NCBI GenBank assembly: GCA_039805425.1 | Contig: JBDLUH010000001.1 | Location: 3,749-67,748 of the forward strand | DNA: 64,000 nt | Reading direction: 5' to 3' | Source of the DNA: Actinomycetota bacterium | Lineage (GTDB): Bacteria > Actinomycetota > Actinomycetes > Actinomycetales > Microbacteriaceae | In this document: positions 20,361-28,425 of the stretch, one piece after another | Numbering within the stretch: position 1 is the first letter of the stretch | How the letters are laid out: each line of letters starts with the position of its first letter | Translations under genes and position numbers: made by a program | The notes under the pieces: model-generated | The model's input: the letters and a program-made list of their open reading frames with translations, nothing else | Database searches by the model: none | What the model was told of the DNA's origin: nothing

Positions 20361-21647
20361 GTGAAGATACTTGTTTTGGGTCAGGGCGCCCGTGAGCACG
20401 CAATTGTTAAGGCGTTGGTGCGCACCGGAACTGCCGCCACCGATATCATCGTGGCTCCAGGAAATGCCGGAATTGCGCTTGAGGTGCGTTGCGAAGCTGA
20501 CCTAAATCCAAACCTGCCACTTGATGTGGTGAAGTTTGCTCTTGAGCACGGCACCGAGTTGGTAATTGTTGGTCCTGAGGCACCACTTATTGCAGGCGTA
20601 TCAGATGCGCTTCGCTCTGAGGGCATCGCGGTGTTTGGCCCGTCGCAGGCGGCCGCCCAACTAGAAGGATCAAAATCTTTTGCCAAAGAGGTAATGGCAG
20701 CGGCCGGCGTGCCAACCGGAATGGCTCGAGAATGCTCAAACATTGAAGAAGTTATTGATGCCATGGATGACTTTGGCGCCCCATACGTAATTAAGGCAGA
20801 TGGCCTTGCCGCGGGTAAGGGCGTAATCGTAACTTCAGATCGAGATGCCGCTATTGAGCACGCAATGAAATTTATTTCAATGGGAATTTTGGTTGAAGAG
20901 TTTCTTGATGGCCAAGAGGTTTCACTTTTCTTTTTGAGTGATGGCCATTCAGTGCTGCCGCTTACACCAGCACAAGATTTCAAACGTGCCTATGACAACG
21001 ACGAAGGCCCAAACACCGGAGGCATGGGTGCTTACTCTCCGCTTCCTTGGTTGCCTGAAGGTTTTGTTCAAGAAGTAGAAGACACCGTGGCACTGCCAAC
21101 CATCAACGAGATGGCCCGCTTAGGTGCACCTTTTGTTGGGCTTCTATATTGCGGACTAATCATGACCAAGCGCGGCCTTCGCGTTATTGAATTCAACGCC
21201 CGATTCGGTGACCCTGAAACCCAGGTAGTGCTTCGCCGATTGAATTCTTCATTAAGTAACTTGCTTTACAAATCTGCAAGCGGTCACCTAGAAACCACTT
21301 CAGACCCAGAGTTTTCAAAAGACGTGGCAATCACCGTGGTGCTTGCATCTGAAGGTTACCCAGACACCTCAGCGCCCAACCGCCCTATTTATGGAATCGG
21401 CGATGCAGAGGCAACAGGTGTTGAGGTCTGTCATGCATCGACCGAAAAGAAGGTCGATGATAACAAGGGTGTCGAAAACAAAGACGGCGAAGAAGCATTG
21501 ATGGCTACCGGCGGCCGTGTTCTTTCTGTTGTTGCCACCGGCAAAGACTTCGCTGGTGCACGGGCACAGGCTTATGCCGGTATCGAAAAGATACAACTGC
21601 GGGGAAGTCACTACCGCAAAGACATCGCTAAGAAAGTTGCACAGTAA
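20361..21647 (+). CDS. purD: Phosphoribosylamine-glycine ligase
   Basis: GTG start (VKILVLGQGAREHA), VGPEAPL, LEGSKSFAK, KADGLAAGKGV, GPNTGGMGAY, EFNARFGDPE. Confidence 0.97.
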   Translation: MKILVLGQGAREHAIVKALVRTGTAATDIIVAPGNAGIALEVRCEADLNPNLPLDVVKFALEHGTELVIVGPEAPLIAGVSDALRSEGIAVFGPSQAAAQLEGSKSFAKEVMAAAGVPTGMARECSNIEEVIDAMDDFGAPYVIKADGLAAGKGVIVTSDRDAAIEHAMKFISMGILVEEFLDGQEVSLFFLSDGHSVLPLTPAQDFKRAYDNDEGPNTGGMGAYSPLPWLPEGFVQEVEDTVALPTINEMARLGAPFVGLLYCGLIMTKRGLRVIEFNARFGDPETQVVLRRLNSSLSNLLYKSASGHLETTSDPEFSKDVAITVVLASEGYPDTSAPNRPIYGIGDAEATGVEVCHASTEKKVDDNKGVENKDGEEALMATGGRVLSVVATGKDFAGARAQAYAGIEKIQLRGSHYRKDIAKKVAQ

Positions 21648-22511
21648 GTGAGTGCACTTTCAATTCCAAACTGGAAGCATGTTTACAGTGGCAAGGTTCG
21701 CGACCTTTACGAATCAGAAGACCCAGCGCTGTCACACCTAATTCTTGTTGTTGCCTCAGATCGCGTCAGTGCTTTTGACCACGTGCTTGAACCAGCTATT
21801 CCAAACAAAGGTAAGCACCTAACCACTTTGACTAATTGGTGGTTTGAACGCCTAGACGTGCCAAACCACACCACAAACGAGGTTGCCGTCCCCACAGAAG
21901 TTGCTGGGCGCGGCACTATTGCAAAAAAACTTGAGATGTTCCCAATCGAGTGTGTGGTGCGCGGATACATCAGTGGATCTGGCTGGAAAGAATACGAAAC
22001 CAGCGGAACAATTTGTGGCATCAAACTGCCTGAGGGTTTACACTTTGGTGGCAAACTGCCTGAACCAATTTTCACCCCTGCCTACAAAGCCCCAATGGGC
22101 GAGCACGACGAAAACATTAGCTACGAGCAGGTGGTTGAAATTATCGGTGCCGAAAACGCGGCCGCGCTTCGCGATTTGAGCATTTCTGTTTTCAAAAAAG
22201 CTTCTGAGCTTGCGGAGCAGGCGGGGCTTATTCTTGCCGACACAAAATTTGAATTTGGCGTTGACCCAGCAACCGGTGCAATCACACTTGGTGATGAAGT
22301 GCTAACTCCAGATTCGTCACGCTTCTGGAGCAAAGCCGCTTGGGATCGCGGTGAACGCAAAGACAGTTTTGATAAGCAAATTGTGCGCAACTGGTTGGCT
22401 GATAACTGGAATCGGCAGGGCACACCACCACAGTTGCCCGCAGAAATCGTAGACCGGACATCCGATAAGTACGCAGAGCTGGTCGAAAGACTTACTCAAG
22501 AAGTGGCGTAG
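21648..22511 (+). CDS. purC: SAICAR synthase
   Basis: YSGKVRDLY, SDRVSAFD, ECVVRGY, ADTKFEFG, DEVLTPDSSRFW. Confidence 0.97.
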   Translation: MSALSIPNWKHVYSGKVRDLYESEDPALSHLILVVASDRVSAFDHVLEPAIPNKGKHLTTLTNWWFERLDVPNHTTNEVAVPTEVAGRGTIAKKLEMFPIECVVRGYISGSGWKEYETSGTICGIKLPEGLHFGGKLPEPIFTPAYKAPMGEHDENISYEQVVEIIGAENAAALRDLSISVFKKASELAEQAGLILADTKFEFGVDPATGAITLGDEVLTPDSSRFWSKAAWDRGERKDSFDKQIVRNWLADNWNRQGTPPQLPAEIVDRTSDKYAELVERLTQEVA

Positions 22512-22561
22512 TCTGGCATTAGGGGCCGCTGGGCTCCAGACATTACCAAGGGGGCGCCTTC

Positions 22562-23599
22562 ATGGCCGCGGAAACGAAAAAAATTAATTCCAACTTCGTC
22601 AAGTTTGGCTTGCCTGCAATTGCAATTGTTGTTGCTGTCACCGTAATTTTCTTTACCGGAAACTCTTCGTCAAATGCGGCTTCGCCTGTGCCGCTAGGCA
22701 ATTCTTCAAATTTTGCGGTACTTGCGGGCTCGGCCATTACGAATACCGGTGCAACCACTGTTTCGGGTACTGCAGGCGGCGACATGGGAAGTGCCCCAAC
22801 GCCAACTTTCACGGGTGCTAGTTCAGTTACCACCACGGGCACTAAGTACCTTGCGGCCGAAGCCATAGTTGTTGGGGCCAAAGCTGCACTTGACAGTGCT
22901 TACCTAGATGCCGCCGCTCGCACATCAACGGCCACGATATCTTCAGACCTAGGTGGCCAGACTCTTGTTGGTGGTGTCTACACAGGGGCTAGTTCCATTG
23001 GATTAACTGGAACACTAATTCTTGACGGTGCAAACAATCCCGATTCGGTATGGATTTTTCAGGCGGGATCAACTCTTACCACTGCAAGTTCCAGCGTTGT
23101 GTCACTTATAAACGGAGCTCAAGCCTGCAACGTATTTTGGCAAGTAGGTTCGTCAGCAACTTTGGGCACAGGCTCTAATTTTGTTGGCCACGTGTTCGCA
23201 TTAACCTCAATCACCGATGACGGTGGCTCATCAATTAACGGGCAGCTCTTGGCTCGCAATGCCGCAGTAACTTTGAACAACACAACAATCGTTAATGATG
23301 CGTGTGCAGTTGCTTCCGCAAGCCCAACTCCAAGCGCGTCGCCTACTCCCTCGGTTTCTTCTACACCAACCACTTCGGCAACCGCTACGCCAACCCAGAC
23401 ATCTACTCCAACTGAAACTGCAACTCCGGTTGCATCAGAGACACCAGTAGATTCAGCCACACCAACCCCAGAGGCATCAACCATCGCCGGGGGAGAACTG
23501 CCAAACACAGAGACTCCTTGGGTCTACATTGCAGTAGGCGGGTTCCTGGTTCTGTTGCTTGGTGCAATGCTGTTGGTTATGGGCCGGAAGCGTAGATAA
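22562..23599 (+). CDS. Ice-binding family protein (DUF3494) with Pro/Thr stalk and sortase sorting signal
   Basis: FAVLAGSAITNTG, DLGGQTL..GVY, WIFQAGSTLTTAS, AQACNVFWQVGSSATLG; C-terminal LPNTE + TM + RKRR. Confidence 0.9.
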   Translation: MAAETKKINSNFVKFGLPAIAIVVAVTVIFFTGNSSSNAASPVPLGNSSNFAVLAGSAITNTGATTVSGTAGGDMGSAPTPTFTGASSVTTTGTKYLAAEAIVVGAKAALDSAYLDAAARTSTATISSDLGGQTLVGGVYTGASSIGLTGTLILDGANNPDSVWIFQAGSTLTTASSSVVSLINGAQACNVFWQVGSSATLGTGSNFVGHVFALTSITDDGGSSINGQLLARNAAVTLNNTTIVNDACAVASASPTPSASPTPSVSSTPTTSATATPTQTSTPTETATPVASETPVDSATPTPEASTIAGGELPNTETPWVYIAVGGFLVLLLGAMLLVMGRKRR

Positions 23600-24242
23600 A
23601 ACGAAAATATTTAACCCCAAAGATGTTGGGGCAATTTTTCCGGCATTTCTAGTTTCACTTGGAATCGTATTGATTCTTTACGCCTTTTTGGGTGTTCGAG
23701 AGTTGATGCCACCTCAGGCCGAACCAATTCCCTTGCCAAAACCTGCTGCATCAGCATCAGCCTCGCCACCTGTGGTTTTGCCCGAATCCAGCCCAAGCCA
23801 TAGGCCTGCGCTTTACCCCATACGACCAAATATTGATGATCGTATCGGAACAATTACTTTTCCAAGTTTGAATCTAAGTTGGACACTATTCGAAGGCACT
23901 AACACAGAACAACTTTCCAAAGGCGTTGGTCATTATGTAAAGAGTGTGCTGCCTGGGGAATCGGACAACGCTGTTTTATCGGGTCACAGAACAACTGTGT
24001 TCAATCGTTTGGGTGAGCTAAAAGTCAAAGACTTAATCCTGGTTAAAACAAAAGCCGGAACCTTCACCTATCAAGTTCGTAAGTTTCGAATTGTCGAAAG
24101 AACGAACAGAACAGTGATTGTTCCGACTAAGGGTGCGGTGCTTACCCTTACAACTTGTTATCCCTTTAATAACCTAGGTACCACCACAAAAGCATTCATC
24201 GTGGTGGCAGACCTTGTTACTGAAGAGCTGACTTCTAAATAG
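23559..24242 (+). CDS. Sortase (class D-like); start codon uncertain
   Basis: N-terminal TM; LSKGVGHY, GHRTTVFNRL, LTLTTCYPF. Confidence 0.88.
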   Translation: MVQCCWLWAGSVDKTKIFNPKDVGAIFPAFLVSLGIVLILYAFLGVRELMPPQAEPIPLPKPAASASASPPVVLPESSPSHRPALYPIRPNIDDRIGTITFPSLNLSWTLFEGTNTEQLSKGVGHYVKSVLPGESDNAVLSGHRTTVFNRLGELKVKDLILVKTKAGTFTYQVRKFRIVERTNRTVIVPTKGAVLTLTTCYPFNNLGTTTKAFIVVADLVTEELTSK

Positions 24243-24362
24243 TTAGTTATTGCAGGTGCAAAGCTGATCTTGAGGAACGCCCTCTAGCGCTTCTTCAATG
24301 TGACCACCACAACCGGTCCAGGTGACTTTGTTGCAGGTTTCGCATAGAGCTGGTGAACACAT
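24243..24362 (-). CDS. 39-aa Cys-rich mini-protein (MCSPALCETCNKVTWTGCGGHIEEALEGVPQDQLCTCNN)
   Basis: Translated by hand (below the ORF-track cutoff); strong RBS AGAAAGGAAACAATT-ATG; paralogous to the 24412-24579 ORF. Confidence 0.82.
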   Translation of the reverse strand: MCSPALCETCNKVTWTGCGGHIEEALEGVPQDQLCTCNN

Positions 24363-24388
24363 AATTGTTTCCTTTCTGGGTTTCTAAA

Positions 24389-24423
24389 AATCTTTACTTC
24401 TTGCCGAATCTTTACTTCTTGCC
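24389..24423. repeat. 17-bp direct repeat covering a stop codon
   Basis: AATCTTTACTTCTTGCC at 24389-24405 and 24407-24423. Confidence 0.9.
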
Positions 24424-24579
24424 AAATAAGCGGGCAAAGAAGCCGGGTTCTTTAGGGTCATTTGCGTGACCCGCACACTGCTGCGACTTTGGAATTCCGC
24501 GCATCACTTCGTTAACGTGCTGACCGCAGCCAGACCAGGTTGCTTTGCCACACTTGCGGCAGGTTACTTTTGAACACAT
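24412..24579 (-). CDS. 55-aa Cys-rich mini-protein (MCSKVTCRKCGKATWSGCGQHVNEVMRGIPKSQQCAGHANDPKEPGFFARLFGKK)
   Basis: Translated by hand; starts 11 nt after the DUF2202 stop; shares MC-x4-C-x2-C-x-K-x-TW-x-GCG-x-H with the neighbouring ORF. Confidence 0.82.
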   Translation of the reverse strand: MCSKVTCRKCGKATWSGCGQHVNEVMRGIPKSQQCAGHANDPKEPGFFARLFGKK

Positions 24580-24590
24580 AGTTTTCTTTC

Positions 24591-25205
24591 TTATAGCTGA
24601 TTGTTGAAAGCGCGAAGGTGGTTCTCAGAACCTTTGCGCAAGTTTTCCATCATGGCAATTACGTCGGCATCTTTTGCCGTAGCAAGCATCTTGCTGATGT
24701 CATCGATGTCTAGTTCTTCAATTGCAACGCCCACTTCGTAAGCGTCTACCGCCGACTTTGAACCCTTGGCAATTAATTCGTCATATAGATCCTGAAGTTC
24801 TTTGTTAACAAAAACTCCTGCTTTTGAACTACGTGGGTCATCAATGTCTCTAGTTGCCATAACCGCCAATACCTGTGACTGGTGTGTTTCTTCACTATTC
24901 AAAATATTGCCGAACACCTTTGAGCCCCAAAGATCAAACATGGCCGCATAAACATCGTGCGCTAGTTTCTCTTCTTCGATCAAATAGACAAGTTGTTCCT
25001 CAGTCGCATCAGCGGTTGCAATACCTTTGTCAACTACCGGCGCTTTGGGCGCGGTAGTTACCTTGGGTGCCGCAGATGCTTCTGCTGTTGCTGTTGCACT
25101 AGGTGAAGCAACCTGTGGTTCTGAAGTTGTTTGCGCTGGAGCCGAACAACCGGTCAGTAGTAGTGCTGTTGCAGCAAATGTTGCAACGCCTGTAAGAATT
25201 TTCAT
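24591..25205 (-). CDS. DUF2202 ferritin-like lipoprotein
   Basis: Lipobox LTGC; EEEKLAHDVY, SEETH, IEELDIDD, SENHLRAF. Confidence 0.87.
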   Translation of the reverse strand: MKILTGVATFAATALLLTGCSAPAQTTSEPQVASPSATATAEASAAPKVTTAPKAPVVDKGIATADATEEQLVYLIEEEKLAHDVYAAMFDLWGSKVFGNILNSEETHQSQVLAVMATRDIDDPRSSKAGVFVNKELQDLYDELIAKGSKSAVDAYEVGVAIEELDIDDISKMLATAKDADVIAMMENLRKGSENHLRAFNNQL

Positions 25206-25576
25206 TATTGAACAACTTTCAATCCGGTAGCGGTTGCTGCATCAGCAAGTGAGCCGCCATTAGTTAGAGTGCCGGTGAAGCCCGCAGATTTCATCTGCTC
25301 AATCGCCTGGCCGGCGCGATTACCTGAACGGCAGTAGATGAAATAGTTTGCAGCTTTATCTAGGGTGTCTAGCTGTGCAGCAAATTCAGAGCCCTGAATG
25401 TTAAAGAGCAAAGCTCCCTCTAAATATCCCGCTGCAGTTTCCTCTGGTGTGCGAACGTCAATCACGCTTGCGTAGGTGTTCATGTCAACCGGCTCTGGTG
25501 ATGAACAAGCTGAAAGTGAACCAACGGCAAAAACAGCAATCACCGCCGCGGCTAGAAACTTGAAGAATTTAGACAT
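25205..25576 (-). CDS. Rhodanese-like lipoprotein (sulfurtransferase)
   Basis: Lipobox LSAC; IDVRTPEE; active-site YCRSGNRA. Confidence 0.9.
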   Translation of the reverse strand: MSKFFKFLAAAVIAVFAVGSLSACSSPEPVDMNTYASVIDVRTPEETAAGYLEGALLFNIQGSEFAAQLDTLDKAANYFIYCRSGNRAGQAIEQMKSAGFTGTLTNGGSLADAATATGLKVVQ

Positions 25577-25592
25577 TTTTGTCTTCCTTTCG

Positions 25593-25610
25593 TATACCCC
25601 CTAGGGTATA
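25593..25610. promoter_or_regulatory. CsoR/RcnR/CstR-family operator
   Basis: TATACCC-CCTA-GGGTATA (C/G tracts with AT-rich flanks) between the divergent rhodanese and repressor genes. Confidence 0.85.
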
Positions 25611-25658
25611 GTTAAATCTTATAAAGCGCAACCACCCAGACTCTAAATAGGAGCAAAA

Positions 25659-25916
25659 ATGCAGCTAGACGCCCAAGAACTTAAGTCAGCCCGTGACCGC
25701 CTTTCCAGGGTTCAAGGCCAAATTGGTGGCATCATCAAGATGCTTGATGAGGGCCGTGATTGCACAGAACTCTTAAATCAACTATCGGCGGCCTCAACCG
25801 CACTCAGCCGTGCTGGCTTCACAATCATCTCTACCGGAATGCGCGCCTGCGCCAACAGCCCTGAGGGTGACGCCGAACGCGTGGCCCTTGAAAAAGCATT
25901 CATGTCTTTGGCTTAA
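25659..25916 (+). CDS. CsoR/RcnR-family repressor, probably persulfide-sensing (CstR-like)
   Basis: RLSRVQGQIGGI..M...RDC..Q..A...AL; second Cys in TGMRAC, with Gly where Cu sensors have His. Confidence 0.88.
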   Translation: MQLDAQELKSARDRLSRVQGQIGGIIKMLDEGRDCTELLNQLSAASTALSRAGFTIISTGMRACANSPEGDAERVALEKAFMSLA

Positions 25917-25946
25917 TTCCACCCCCACTTACATATAAAGGAATAC

Positions 25947-27596
25947 GTGAAAGTAGTAATTATTGGAGGCGTGGCCTCTGGAATGTCAGCTGCCGCCAGG
26001 CTTCGCCGCCTAGATGAATCGGCCCAGATCACGGTTTACGAAATGAGTGAGCACGTTAGCTATGCCAATTGTGGCCTGCCCTACTTTGTTAGCGATGTAA
26101 TCTCTCGCCGCGACAACCTTTTGCTTCAAACCCCAGAGGCGCTGTGGAACCGCTTTCGCATCAAGGCCATGGTGCAAAACATGGTCACCTCAATCAATCG
26201 CGAGGCAAAAACCGTTGAGGTCAAGAACCTGGCCACTGGCGAATCGCACACCGATACCTACGACTACCTAGTAATTGCAACCGGTGCCCGCCCACGCAAA
26301 CTGGATGTGCCTGGAATCGAGCGCGCACTTTGGCTGCGCAACGTGACCGATGCCGACATGGTGAAAGAAGCGCTAAAGAACTCAGAACATAAATCGGTAG
26401 CAATTCTTGGCGCCGGTTTTGTTGGAATCGAAATTGCCGAGAACATGCGTCACATGGACATTCCGGTAACCATAATTCAACGCGGCAACAGCATTCTTTC
26501 TCAGTTTGACCCAGAGATGGTTCAGCCACTGCAAGCAAAACTTGAAAAGCACGGCGTGAAAATTCTTCTTAACACAGAAGCAGATCACATCACCAAAGAC
26601 AAAGTTATTTTGAAAGATGGCACTCACATTGATGCCGGTGTTGTTTTCACAGCGGCCGGTGTTGACCCCGATAACGCACTTGCTAAAGCTGCCGGATTAA
26701 AAATTGGCTCAACTGGCGGACTATGGGTTGACGAACAACAGCGCACCAGTGACCCAAATATTTTTGCAGCCGGCGATGCAGTTGAAAAAAACGGCGTGCT
26801 AACCGGCGAGCAAACCCTTATCCCACTTGCTAACCTGGCTAACCGCCACGGCAGACTAATTGCCGATGTAATTGCTGGGCAAAACGTACAGGCTCACGCC
26901 TCAGTAGGCACGGCAATTCTTGGTGCATTTGGTTTTGCAGTTGGTATCACGGGTCTTAGCGAACGTGCCGCTGTAAAGGCTGGCATCAGGCACCAAATCA
27001 TTCACGTGCACCCAAATAATCACGCGGGTTACTACCCGGGTTCAAAACGTCTTTCAATGAAAGTTTTGTTTGATCCTGAAACCGGAGAAATTCTTGGCGC
27101 ACAAGCAAACGGTGAAGACGGTGTAGACAAGCGCATAGATGTAATTGCAACTGCAATGCACGCAACCGCAAAAAGCGGTGGCCTAACTATTGAAGATCTA
27201 ATGGATCTTGAACTTGCCTATGCACCGCAGTTTGGTTCGGCAAAAGATGCCATCAACATTGCTGGCTACGTTGGCAATAATGTTCTGAACGGAACAACCC
27301 CTACGCTTCAGTGGCACCAACTTGAAACTGCACGTGCAAATGGTGCACAGGTAATTGATGTTCGCTCGGGTGGCGAGCACGGCTTTGCAAATATTCCTGG
27401 CACGTTAAACATTCCAGTAGAGGAACTACGCGATCGCCTAAGTGAAGTGCAAATGGATAACGTTGTGGTTTACTGCCAGGTTGGTCAGCGCGGTCACATT
27501 GCCACCCAAATCTTAAAAGCCAACGGCGCCAATGTTAAAAACCTAGATGGCGGATACCTCACCTGGGCTGCCGGCGAAGCTTCTCTAAAGCAGTAA
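25947..27596 (+). CDS. CoA-disulfide/persulfide reductase with C-terminal rhodanese domain
   Basis: GGVASGMSAAARLRR, redox SYANCGLPY, GAGFVG, ELAYAPQF, rhodanese YCQVGQRG. Confidence 0.92.
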   Translation: MKVVIIGGVASGMSAAARLRRLDESAQITVYEMSEHVSYANCGLPYFVSDVISRRDNLLLQTPEALWNRFRIKAMVQNMVTSINREAKTVEVKNLATGESHTDTYDYLVIATGARPRKLDVPGIERALWLRNVTDADMVKEALKNSEHKSVAILGAGFVGIEIAENMRHMDIPVTIIQRGNSILSQFDPEMVQPLQAKLEKHGVKILLNTEADHITKDKVILKDGTHIDAGVVFTAAGVDPDNALAKAAGLKIGSTGGLWVDEQQRTSDPNIFAAGDAVEKNGVLTGEQTLIPLANLANRHGRLIADVIAGQNVQAHASVGTAILGAFGFAVGITGLSERAAVKAGIRHQIIHVHPNNHAGYYPGSKRLSMKVLFDPETGEILGAQANGEDGVDKRIDVIATAMHATAKSGGLTIEDLMDLELAYAPQFGSAKDAINIAGYVGNNVLNGTTPTLQWHQLETARANGAQVIDVRSGGEHGFANIPGTLNIPVEELRDRLSEVQMDNVVVYCQVGQRGHIATQILKANGANVKNLDGGYLTWAAGEASLKQ

Positions 27597-27622
27597 GCAA
27601 AAACCAAAACTCAACTTAAGCA

Positions 27623-27654
27623 AATAAGGCCCCGGTTCCCGCCGGGGCCTTATT
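27623..27654. terminator. Probable bidirectional terminator between convergent genes
   Basis: AATAAGGCCCCGG-TTCCCG-CCGGGGCCTTATT. Confidence 0.78.
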
Positions 27655-27675
27655 CACATTTCAGGTGTTTAAAAT

Positions 27676-28113
27676 CTAATGCACACGATTCACAGGATTG
27701 ATGAACAAATGCACAATGTTGCCGATTAAATCATCGGTGATTATTGCGCGTCCAAAGTATTCAGCTTCAAGGGTGAACTCCAAAAGACCCTTGGCCTTCA
27801 AATCAAATTCGCTAATCTCGCCGATCGGAACATCGTTGTGCAAAATCACGAAAATGGTTTTGGTGGTGTTTCCCCACTCGGTAACCAAACGGGTCTCTAA
27901 ATAAACCTTGCCCTGCCAAAAAGCCAAGCCGGTTTTTTGCCCCTGGTGCAACAAATTTGCACGGATAGTGGCGTATTTGGTCTGGCCGTGAACCCGCAGG
28001 TGGTGTTCGCCAGGGGTAACCCGCATAGCCTCGCGGGGTTCTTCGATGCGCTTTTCTAGGTATAGGTCAACGTCGTCGCCGCTTGGGCGCTCATCATTGC
28101 CAAAAATACCCAC
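27676..28113 (-). CDS. Hypothetical protein (faint HIRAN-like pattern)
   Basis: 145-aa ORF, GTG start with GGGGGA upstream. Confidence 0.6.
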   Translation of the reverse strand: MGIFGNDERPSGDDVDLYLEKRIEEPREAMRVTPGEHHLRVHGQTKYATIRANLLHQGQKTGLAFWQGKVYLETRLVTEWGNTTKTIFVILHNDVPIGEISEFDLKAKGLLEFTLEAEYFGRAIITDDLIGNIVHLFINPVNRVH

Positions 28114-28281
28114 TTGAATCCCCCATTTAGGCCATAAATCAACGAATTATTCGCCTAAGTAACCATTTGAACCGCCTTAAAGGTATCAAATGTACCCAGG
28201 GCCGAATACGGATATGTGGGGTTGGACACTAATTTGGTCTGGTCACTTTTTATCAACAGCGCACCGCTCAGCCTTGCGAAA

Positions 28282-28303
28282 TGTCAGCACCCGGTGCTAT
28301 TTT
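28282..28303 (+). promoter_or_regulatory. Promoter matching the PafBC/RecA-NDp motif, upstream of the predicted ncRNA
   Basis: TGTCAG-N10(CACCCGGTGC)-TA-TTT-T fits TGTCRG-N10-TAnnnT; it also has an extended -10 TG. Confidence 0.6.
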
Positions 28304-28309
28304 TGGCTT

Positions 28310-28422
28310 AAACAAATGGGTCGGGATTCTCGGTCGGCGCTTCATACGAAAGTTGAAAAGGGCTTATTTGAGGTTGGGGGTTCCCGATCGGTAACTGCTC
28401 TCCCTTCGAGGGAGGGCTTTTT
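28310..28422 (+). ncRNA. Predicted two-unit structured ncRNA convergent with the DUF3800 gene
   Basis: Two units about 54 nt apart, each with a 7-bp hairpin (28319-28335, 28372-28389) + GG, a second hairpin and AGGGCTT; ends in a stem + T5 terminator. G-U wobbles favour the plus strand. Confidence 0.65.
28397..28422 (+). terminator. Intrinsic terminator of the predicted ncRNA
   Basis: GCTCTCCC-TTCGA-GGGAGGGC-TTTTT (8-bp stem with one U-G pair). Confidence 0.75.
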
Positions 28423-28425
28423 ACT

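Noticed and set aside
21445-21495. Charged insertion KKVDDNKGVENKDGEE in PurD
   Set aside because: Short in-frame loop expansion; no intein or mobile-element features.
28305-28422. Possible CRISPR array
   Set aside because: Only two degenerate units, no identical repeats and no cas genes in the window; reported as a structured ncRNA instead.
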